Shown here: in pieces, positions 54,624 to 64,000 of the stretch
Layout: each line of letters opens with the position of its first letter
How positions within the stretch are numbered: position 1 is the stretch's first letter
Source of the DNA: Acanthaster planci
Lineage: Eukaryota
Direction: 5' to 3'
Length of the DNA stretch: 64,000 nucleotides
Assembly (NCBI RefSeq): GCF_001949145.1
Contig: NW_019091355.1
Coordinates: 1,114,083 to 1,178,082, forward strand
Position numbers and translations under genes: made by a program
Notes under the pieces: generated by a model
The model's database searches: none
Told to the model about the DNA's origin: nothing
What the model saw: only the letters and a program-made list of their open reading frames with translations

Positions 54624-54775
54624 ATTAAATTATAAGTATTCTGTGATTGTATACAAATTGTACATTGCAATATTGTACATGCACATGTACATTGAAATCA
54701 GGCAATATAGCAATACCTAGCTTTTGTTGTTTGTGTTTTTGATTTCCTAAAGTACTTTTGTGTCTTTTTGTTCAG
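54624..54775 (+). terminator. Candidate LRMDA polyadenylation region
   Basis: ATTAAA at 54624-54629 among TGTA elements, followed by a GT/T-rich tract at ~54721-54775; CpG depletion ends about here. Confidence 0.35.
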
Positions 54776-57700
54776 AAAAGGTTTAAGATTACCTCGACTT
54801 GTCATTGCCGCTGCTAAAATTGCAATTTTATGCTTCAGCGCAAAGTAGGGAATTATTGAGGAAATTCTTTTTTGTACGTTTTATTGATGTGGTTTTGCCT
54901 GCGAATGTATTAAGTTAACATTTCTGGCCTTGATCTGAGCTGTGAGACTTTTATAAGATTCATGTCTTCCTTTTGCGAGGCGTTGGTAGAAGGATCTCAG
55001 CGTTTGTTCTCAGACTGACTTTAAAGACGCCGGATAGGACCACATACAGCAAATATATAAGACATATAGGCCTAGTGGCATTGTGTACGTCATTTCACCA
55101 TGGCGATAATTTAAATGTCACGTTTCAGACGTTCAGCTTGGCCAAGAGGATGGTGCGATTTTGTGGATTGAAAATTCGCGTTTTCCAGCGTGTGGTCGAG
55201 CAGGCGATCATAATTTTAAATAGCCGCGTCTCGTGGTTGTGCATAATTATGACATTGTGCAACGCACTGGTTCACGCCTTCCTGTTTCAATACGGCCTAT
55301 CAAATCAACAGGGGGCGTGCTCATAGTACTCAAGACATTAATCAAGACACATGTACAATTCATAGTTTGAATATAAAAAAGTCCATTTTATTGGAAAAAA
55401 GTGTCGACACCAATAAACTATTGTAATTTCCAACAATCCCAAAAAGTCAGTGTCACTGTATGCACATTTCTGTCAAACATGAATTTCTAATAATCGACGT
55501 AACTACTGTCACATAGGCCTAAAGGAAAACGACGTCAAAATACTTCTTTGTTTGGGGGCATTGCTTCGTTAAAACAGATGGTGGGTACATCAGAGCTCGT
55601 GGCCAGGATGTATGAGCTTCCTACATATTTTAACATCGATGGGAAGCATCAGACGCAGTAAAGGAGCATCCAGGCCACGCCCCTGCCCTGCCCAATGGTC
55701 TCCTTTAAACAATCATAGCCGTTATAAAGCCAACGCGTGTACAGAATTTTGACACACAAGTGATGTACAGATACTGCATTTTATGCTTTCTCTGGATTCA
55801 ACGTGGAATATTAAAACTGAATAACAGAAAAATAGTATTCGTATAAGAGAATCGGAAAGGATTTCAAAATCACCTACAACTCCCATCAAACAACACCTGT
55901 TTACATTATATGAAAGGAAGTACCTTTTATTTTCACCTAAATTTTGGAAAATCACTCGTACAAAAATACCTAATAACACCACCCTTATTTGTAGACTTGA
56001 TTTGTTTTGCACACTTGCTACTTTTATTTCTCGATATCAATGACTGTCCAGCAGCTTCCATGTGTACTTCGACATGGTCGCTGGTGCTGTTTTTTATCGT
56101 CACTGACTCTCTCTTACAACACATGTCTAAAACTCCGTCACTGCTGCATCGAACAGCACAAGAATTATTTGCACCGTATACGTCACATATCTCCCTCAAT
56201 TCTTTGTGCTCCGCCATCTTGGAGGCATCGTGCCTCTTTGGGCTTAATGAGTGCAACACCTCTAGGTAATATACACACATTTAGACGTGCTGGTACATGC
56301 AGAATAATTATGTACATATATATGTAGTTGTGCAAAATGTCTGTTTCGGACACGACCTGATATCGAAGATGGTGGATTGAAAAGGCTGCTGGGAAATGTA
56401 TAACATCAAAATAAACAAGGAATCGCGGAACAAAATCTTGCCTTCAAAGAGCATTGCTGTAACTGCACGGTCCTCTTGTCACTAATTTGGTGTCAGCACA
56501 ACTTAGTATATACATTCATCACAGTGCAAAGGAGCCATTCACATCACCTTCACCAGAAGCACCATGCCGTTCATTGTTTACACCATCTTCTCTCAGTAAT
56601 GCCCAATCACCATCCCTTCTCGATAGTCTTCCCATCAACACCATTATAACTATCTCCAATATAGCCATCTCACCAATCACCACCAGAACCAACACAACAA
56701 CCACCAACCTCCCTCTTCCTGCAGTACTGTTTCAGAATCCGTTATTTCTTCACTAAGCTTTCGAAGGTCTTCAAACGAGTCTCATTTTCAGTCGCCGCCA
56801 TTGTGTTAACTGTTTTCCTTGACTTCATTTATACCGTATGTTTCACATAAAAGTTTTTACTTTTCTTTCCCTTTAATAGTAGGATCCATGGGTTGCATTT
56901 GCTTTACCCTGAACGGCAAAGCAAGCTCTGTCCCTTTGTACAAACTTTGGATAATTATTCACTGCACTGTTTCCCATTCACGAATTCTCATGAACAATTT
57001 TTATCAGTCGATGCTCTTATGAAATAACCACAACACAAACTCCCCACATAGACGTTTTCAAGTGCTGCCGTTATTGGCGTTCACGCCATGGCCACATAAT
57101 ATCTTATTGATTCCCATTTTAAACGCTGGGCCAATTATTCTCAACAATTACCACTCTTTTTAGGCTCAACAAACAACAGATCATCAGCACTGATACCTTT
57201 CATTCCCTCGATCCTCGACTCGATGGTCATGCTATGATGTCAAGCCGTATTCTCAATGAGCATTCTGTACGGCTACAGCTATCATTTAGAGAACTGCAGT
57301 GCGTAATCGCAAAAGTCGAAGTCGTAGCCACTTGCACCCTGAATCAAACCCTACAGCCTTACAGAGATGGCGATCCGTACGGAACTTGCGTGGACTGGGA
57401 CTTTGGGTGCACAGGTCTCTGATTGTCATCAATATCGATGCTATCATCCGTAGCAGCGCCATATTCTCACAACCGCTATCTTCAATATCCTTCGTGCCAT
57501 TCAGGCGATCCTCGCGGTATGCAGCCTGTTACAGTCTTCATCAATTATTTATCCACCAAAATAACAGCTTTACAGTTCTACCATTACTGTCGTAACCGGA
57601 AAGCAGCTGCATCACACTATAACACGTACTACCCAACAACCACCCTACCACTACATCTTTGCCCTGTCACCACTCCACTCTACAACAGCCGCTGCCATCA

Positions 57701-58055
57701 TAACAAACTCAAAGAAAAACCCTCGGACATCATGAACGTCATGAATTCTCACCCGAACCACGCCACTACATCAGGTAAAAAACACCATCGAAATAAAAAA
57801 CCCACAAACACCATTCCACGATCATTGCACTTTACACCTAGCTATTCCTCCCAAGCATGACCATGAGCAAAGACACGCGCCACATCACGAAATATCTTTG
57901 ACTTCAATGTCGCACGTCACACACCGTCTTCCCCATTTATCACTCATAGGGCTTTCTCAACAGAGACCCAAAAAAAAAAAGAAAAAAGAAAAAAGAAATC
58001 ACTTGCTTCCTTCGGCTTGCCTCAGAAATTTTCGCCATGGGTAGCTGGACTAATC

Positions 58056-58379
58056 TACGGAAGAGTATTGTTGCCAACGCGAAAAACATATTTTATCTCG
58101 TTTAACGACTTATTATCTCGTTTAAACGACATAGATATCTCCTTAAATGACATAGTTATTTCCTTTAAATGACATAGTTATCTCATTAAAACGGCACAGT
58201 TATCTCCTTTAAACGTCATAATTATCTCCTTTAAACGTCATAATTATCTCCTTTAAACGTTATAGTTATCTCCTTTAAACGACCTAGTATCTCTTTTAAA
58301 CGTCATAGTTTTCTCCTTTAAATGACATAGTTATCTCCTTTAACTAAGTTTTTCGCATTGGCAGCAATACGCTTCCGTA
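58056..58379. mobile_element. Non-autonomous DNA transposon (MITE), IS3EU-like termini, internal 22-bp tandem array
   Basis: ~32-bp TIRs TACGGAAG(A/C)GTATTG(T/C)TGCCAA(C/T)GCGAAAAAC; 6-bp TSD CTAATC at 58050-58055 and 58380-58385; about 11 copies of TTATCTCCTTTAAACGACATAG at ~58092-58343. Confidence 0.85.
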
Positions 58380-58468
58380 CTAATCTTAGTGAGTGACAAC
58401 GCCAAAGCGTACAGGGAATACCAAGCAACAGAATCAAAACCCCAAAGAATTAACACGGGGCTAGAAGT

Positions 58469-58472
<4 letters not shown>

Positions 58473-58503
<31 letters not shown>
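58473..58503. repeat. (GA)n microsatellite
   Basis: Directly visible. Confidence 0.95.
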
Positions 58504-58507
<4 letters not shown>

Positions 58508-61500
58508 GTCAGTAAGAATGCATGATGTGATTATTCAAGAAAGATATGCCCGTACCTATTCTCCCTCCGAACGCTAATCGGGGCCCTCCTGCCTTAATCA
58601 GGTTTGCTTCGACCCACACAAGTCTTTGATCCTGCGCTGGTCCTTTCTCTTCTTAAAATTATAATAGCCGTTTCAAATCTCCGTACGTATTATTAAGTAA
58701 CGTTCATTTCCATGGCAAATCCAACAACAGTTTTGCGTCACCTATAGTGGTGTCTACTGCTTTGAATCCCAAGCATGAAGAAGTAGTGTCCACGTGCGAG
58801 GAGCTGTTTGCAGATGGTGCTGACCATGCGTAAAATTGCTAATTTTCAAGCGCTTTTAACTTTCAACCAAACCACATGGAATGTGTACAAAATGTACACT
58901 CATCATACCCTGGTGAGGAGGAATAATGTATGTCTCCCCCAGGAAACATGAATCATAAGGTGAAGAGGTACGCGTCACAGACACCAGCTTGTTTGCTCAC
59001 CTCACATTTTGATGGCCCTATGTGTCTTGGAAACGGATGCGATCTTCGTATACTCTCCCTTAATTAAGAAACCAATCTGTCATTGGTATCATCCCTGTCT
59101 GCTTGAATACATTCCAATTATGCACTCAGACAATTTTATTTTAAATCCAAAAGTTTAAACAAAGTTAACTGGGCACTATAAGAAACGAAAAGCTTTGTTC
59201 AACTCATAAAATCGTCCAATAATGCCCCTGGAGTTCCTCAGACTACACTACTCCCTTTATGAAATTACTGACAAGATACATTTTGTAGTTTTTTGTTCAG
59301 GTTTTGATTGTATAGGTTAATTCCCTTTGAGATAAACCTCATTAAATTGATTGTAAATGTGATATTTACAAAACCGTCCCTTATTCTAGTATTGCACCAA
59401 GTGACGTGGAATGATTTCGAAAGGAGCTACGCACGCGGTTGCTGAATATCTCGTTCGAATCAAAACTCGAAATCAGATCTTCCTCATGTCTCATCCCCTA
59501 GCAGTTCGCTCTTATGGAAACAAATCAGCGCATTCCCCTTTGGAAGTTTGACAACCATCCTCCCACCTTCCCTGCGATTTTAATTAGGCCATCTTGAATA
59601 AAGGTCGGCCGTGGGGAATGGAGATATTAGAACGCAGCAATAACCATGCTGAAATCCCGCGCCACCAGGAGGTGATACATGGAAGTCGTGTGGCGTTCAG
59701 TCCCTGCGAACCACTCCAGATTGTCTCTCCACAATTCAGAACAGCTGTTGACGGCGGAGTCGACTGATAGCAAATCTCATGCGGGTTCCGAGCACTCATG
59801 TTCACATCCACTCTCCAGCTTCAAATTTCTCCCTCATCTCATCCATGCCTCTCTCCCCCTCGTCCAGAGTTCGAGACTCTTGAAATTGATACATGAAATG
59901 CGCTGCTCCCGCTGGGAACGAGTTCCGCGTGGAGTCTTGTGACATTCTTCATCTTTCCCCCTATCAAGCAATATGTCTAAACACAATTCCGACGTCACCG
60001 GTTCGGGTATGGGTGAGCGTCAACAGCAATCACCTTTCAGGGCCCGCGAGGAATATCTCCCGCATTTAAACTTTATCCTCTCCTATTTCTGACACATTTT
60101 TACCATCTGCTGACTCATTCTTCCGTTAAAACACATTAACGAATCAAAACAATAATTGGAAAAGGGGGAGAAGGGAGCAATATTGACAACCAAAAACCTG
60201 CAAAGAAAGACCCAGGCTCTCAATTTAAAATAACTTATACTCCTTGGAGTCTGCTTACCCTATGGGCAGTGATGGGCAAATTTGGAGAAGATAGCCGCCT
60301 GAACTCCGACTCCAAATTGTAAGAGGTGGTTCAACTCAGAAGACAGGATGAAAACATGTTTCGAATCAAAGCGACGCAAACAGGGAAAGTGAGTAGACTG
60401 CATGTACTCATGCCAATGTGCATGAAAAGCAAGGAGACCGCATTTACTGCCGACCTTTCCAACGATGGCAATATGAGAACTTGTTTTCAGTCGCTAACAA
60501 CGAATAAAAAGGATCTTCATATCTATCGTTGCGTAACAAAAAAAGGCCTTTGAGATTTGAGGCAACACACAGTTGCGCAAACAGTAACAACAAAAGCGCT
60601 CATCTCTACTCTTAAAAATGTCTCTTTATTTTCGTGTCATCCATTCCCCACGTCTCTCTTCTTACTCCATGTTTTGTTTCTGTCCATCACGTTTTCACCC
60701 TCTGAACATCTCAAGAGTTGTTTGCTCTGAACACACAAAGAAGCCCACATCCCCTCAACTACGTGTTCAAAACAAAATCGCGATGAAAAAATCTGTCTTT
60801 ACTATAAAATGATACATGCAACAACTCCCATGACAGAACGTTCCTTAATACTGGACCAGTCAGATATTATTTTTTCTACTTTAAAACAAGTAAACTTCGT
60901 AGATTTATGATAAGCACTGGACAAAAACATGTAGTAAGCTAAGAATCGATATTTACATTGAAAGATTCAGATATTCTCTTGGCATCAGAAAATGATTAAA
61001 AATTTTAACTTCTTTTTGCTTCTGTTTACGTATGCGTTGTTCCATTTGAAAGTGGTAATGAAGATGATTGCTTTTCCAGAGCTTCCTTTTTTGTTTTGAA
61101 ATTTTACCCAGCATCCAGAACAAGGCTGAATGTTTCTTCAAGGTGAAGACTTTGTTTTCGCGCACTTACAAAGTTAATCCTCAAATCTTCTCTCGTCACG
61201 TCTGCATGGGTTAAGTTAGGCTCACAACCGCGCGCTACGTCATCCTGCATCTCCTCATGACGCTTAGGCTAAACTGTGGATGAAGTTAGCTGACAAACAC
61301 AAAATCCATCTGGCAGAAGGACGTGAAACTTGATCGCCAAGGGATAATCCACCATCTCCGGAGTGTGGACAGCCGTGGCTCTTCCTTCGAACGAATGGTT
61401 ATCAAGCAACCGCATTTTCATTGACAGATCAGTGCAAGATATCCTCCGCACAATGTCATCATCTAAAGAGATTGATGTTCTAGTTGAAAATCCGCGTCGC

Positions 61501-61992
61501 CGTCTCCAGAGATAATGCCATTTTGCCAAGGAATAACCGTGGTTTATCCTCGCTTTATCGAAAAAGGAATAGTTGCTAAATATATGTAATTTCACACGGC
61601 AATCCGATGGCATTTTGGGCAAAACAAAAAGTCACTTCGATGGCAGGGTATAACTTGTAAGATGCATTGCTTCTCTCCTCAGTGACGATCAACCGGTTCA
61701 ATTTTTAATTGACCGTATTATTTTCAGTCTCAAGACTTGGAGTTGTTCCCGTCCATTCTTAATTTGTTTTGAAAACTCTTATCAGCAATTCCTTTAATCA
61801 AGAAATATTACTGTGTAGAGATAACACTGATACCGCTAACTGCCATCTATATTACCAATACACTAATCCGGAGGAAATGTTGTGTTATTTTCCACATTTC
61901 TGATTCGGCAGAGATTAACATTTGTTTTGAGTTTCTTCACAATTATCCAGAAAATATTCACACGGTTTTTAAGTGAGCCAAAAAACGACAAA

Positions 61993-62630
61993 TCATTCAT
62001 CAAATCGAAATCTGCCAGTGGCGGAGAGAAGGAAAAAAAGAGGCAATGTAATGTTGACGAGTGTGAAGACGATAAGAAGGGCCCGGTCCACCACAGCGGC
62101 CGCGTCCCGCCACTCACGGGCAAAATCCTCGTCGGTGTCTTTGGTCCTTTTCCGATCGGTCAGGTAGTCCACGCAGCGAGCCAGCTCACTGACCTCCCGT
62201 TCAAGCCGCACAGTGACCCGGCTGGGCTTGTGGTCGCTGCCCAGTTCGATCATCTCTACAGTGCCCTCCAGGGTCATCTCCTCGCTGCCGTTCGTGAAAT
62301 CGTCGCTCAGGTTTTCCTTGACCGAGGTGGCGCTGTCGTTACCCAGGTACTTGGGGAAGCAGCGCACTTTGGTGAGTAGCCCGTTGTCCTGGCCGTGGTA
62401 CTTGCGCTTGTTGAGGTGGCGAGTGTAGTACTTGTCCTTTACCTTGTTCTTGGTGAGGTGGGAGCGGTACTTGCACTTACCAACAGCCCTGGCCAGCCAG
62501 CCGAAGATGAGCTGGCGGAGAAAAGGCGGCATGGGTACGCTGTTTTGCTCCTTGTGGTAAAGATGAAGCACCCAAACTGACATAAGGACGGACATACCAA
62601 CCACAGCAATCATGACAACGAAGTATTTCC
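61993..62630 (-). CDS. Nicotinic acetylcholine receptor-type (Cys-loop channel) subunit, last coding exon: TM3, MX helix, intracellular loop, MA helix, TM4. Upstream exons lie beyond the window.
   Basis: Minus-strand acceptor TTCTTCCACTTGTCAG ending at 62631; translation GKYFVVMIAVVGMSVLMSVWVLHLYHK (TM3), MPPFLRQLIFGWLAR (MX), EWRDAAAVVDRALLIVF (MA/TM4). Alpha versus non-alpha cannot be assigned without loop C. Confidence 0.9.
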
Positions 62631-62877
62631 CTGACAAGTGGAAGAAAAATAGTGTAGTTGTTAGCGAATGAAAGTAATACACGTCTTAAAGGCTGCACGG
62701 ATATGGCAATAGTGTCTGCTTGTCTGTCGCAGAATGACGCATACCAACGTTATACCTTTCAGTACAAGAAATAATCGGATAAGTTTGAAAGCCTTCAGCT
62801 ATGGGCCTCGAGCTGGACCAAGAGAGGGCGCTATTTCCTCAGCAGCGGCGGCCCCTTTGGTACTAACTGCGCATCGC

Positions 62878-63001
62878 TGGTTCACGAACGACTGGGAAAC
62901 ACAAGCGTTGCGTTGCAGTCGCACCGCTACCAACAAAATGAACACTCCCGACAAATACGGTTCTTTTCAACCAATGAGGGGTGCTTCTGCTCAAGGCGGA
63001 T
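62878..63001 (+). repeat. Dispersed repeat, copy 2 (in the nAChR intron)
   Basis: Same shared blocks as copy 1 at 53115-53233. Confidence 0.75.
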
Positions 63002-64000
63002 TGAACTTTTACAATTATCAAGGTAGAAGATTAGAGGCAAATTTATCCAAAAGTAAGCTCCATTTCATATTCATCTTCTGCACTTTAAAGCTTCATCTAA
63101 ATAAATGAATGATGTCAACACTTAGTCCCCATACTTTCAGGGACAAAAATGATCAAATCCATTGGAAAAAAAGTTTTTCCACAGTTTCACATAAACAGTT
63201 TGCAGCCCTTATACTAGGTAGTATAATAAACCATGCCTTGCGCAAGCGCCATACTCCAGAAACTCAAGTTCGGCTGAATATTCATAGCGTAAACAATAGA
63301 AAAAATGCCAGCGAGCGCGAAAACACCTGTTGGACATGTTGTTACAACGCGCATTGTTTCTGAATTGTTTAGCAAACTGTGTGCATGATACACGCAATGA
63401 ATCAGCACAACGAGGGCAACACGACGAACATATAACTGGCCCACTAGAATTAAGTGCGAGCGTTTTTTTTGGGACCCACTTTCTGCTGCCTTTGTATTGC
63501 TTCCACTGGATCGGAACATTATATTATCCACTCCCTGAGGTCATATTATCGCTTCAACGATGAGGCTTGAAGGTAAGAAAATCCTTTTCGAAACTGGAGA
63601 TGGTATTTTTGCCGAAGCAAAGGGAAGTTACATTAAGCCTCATCGAAGGCGTTGCAGGTTTTTTTTCGGCAGCCATTAAGTGCAGGCTGGAGACGAGTGC
63701 GAAAACATGCCCTGAGCTAGTTGTGAAGTCTTGCTAAACGCGATCAATAATATCTAGACATGTCCGTCGCTTGCAGTGCCGGCAGAGTTCGATGTGTTGC
63801 ATGTAGCTCTGGATTATATGAAATGAGATTTGTATCAGTTGTATATAAGAAGGGCCAGTATTAGGTATATTATTCACGGTCCACTTCACTAGTCATTAAA
63901 AGTTATCGCTTCCCCTTTCGAGAGAATTACCAAATTCAAATACATGAACAGTTTGCTCATAAAAAAACTCGGCTTGGCACAATGGATATAGTGACTAAAC

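Noticed and set aside
55933..56280. 115-aa Cys-containing minus-strand ORF with a weak acceptor
   Set aside because: No recognisable domain and no partner exons; more likely UTR or intergenic sequence.
56487..56756. Hydrophobic and Ser/Thr-rich ORFs on both strands
   Set aside because: Degenerate CAC/CAT low-complexity sequence.
58092..58343. Regular 22-bp repeats resembling a CRISPR array
   Set aside because: The units are contiguous with no unique spacers, there are no cas genes, and they are enclosed by TIRs and a TSD in eukaryotic DNA.
61882..62379. 165-aa plus-strand ORF
   Set aside because: Antisense shadow of the nAChR exon.

Overview
Eukaryotic, intron-containing animal DNA. It looks like a marine invertebrate, possibly an echinoderm, amphioxus or hemichordate, but the species cannot be fixed from the sequence. 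No prokaryotic systems are present. Layout: (1) ~1-43,000 is a CpG-rich stretch with no recognisable coding exons, carrying TF-site clusters and small non-autonomous transposons. (2) 43,132-51,499 (+) is a complete 7-exon LRMDA/C10orf11 orthologue (244 aa), invisible to the ORF track, whose third intron is a minor-spliceosome (U12) AT-AC intron. (3) 61,993-62,630 (-) is the last coding exon (TM3-intracellular loop-TM4) of a nicotinic acetylcholine receptor-type Cys-loop subunit, convergent with LRMDA. Notable repeats are a tRNA-derived V-domain SINE whose tail is a ~330-bp CAG/CAA minisatellite inside a perfect 14-bp TSD, an IS3EU-like MITE filled with a 22-bp tandem array, and an inverted MITE pair bracketing LRMDA. 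Almost all other ORF-track entries look spurious. I found no convincing wholly new system. The best leads are the U12 intron, the possible ZNF503/NET-type regulatory landscape upstream of LRMDA, and the SINE-tail minisatellite.
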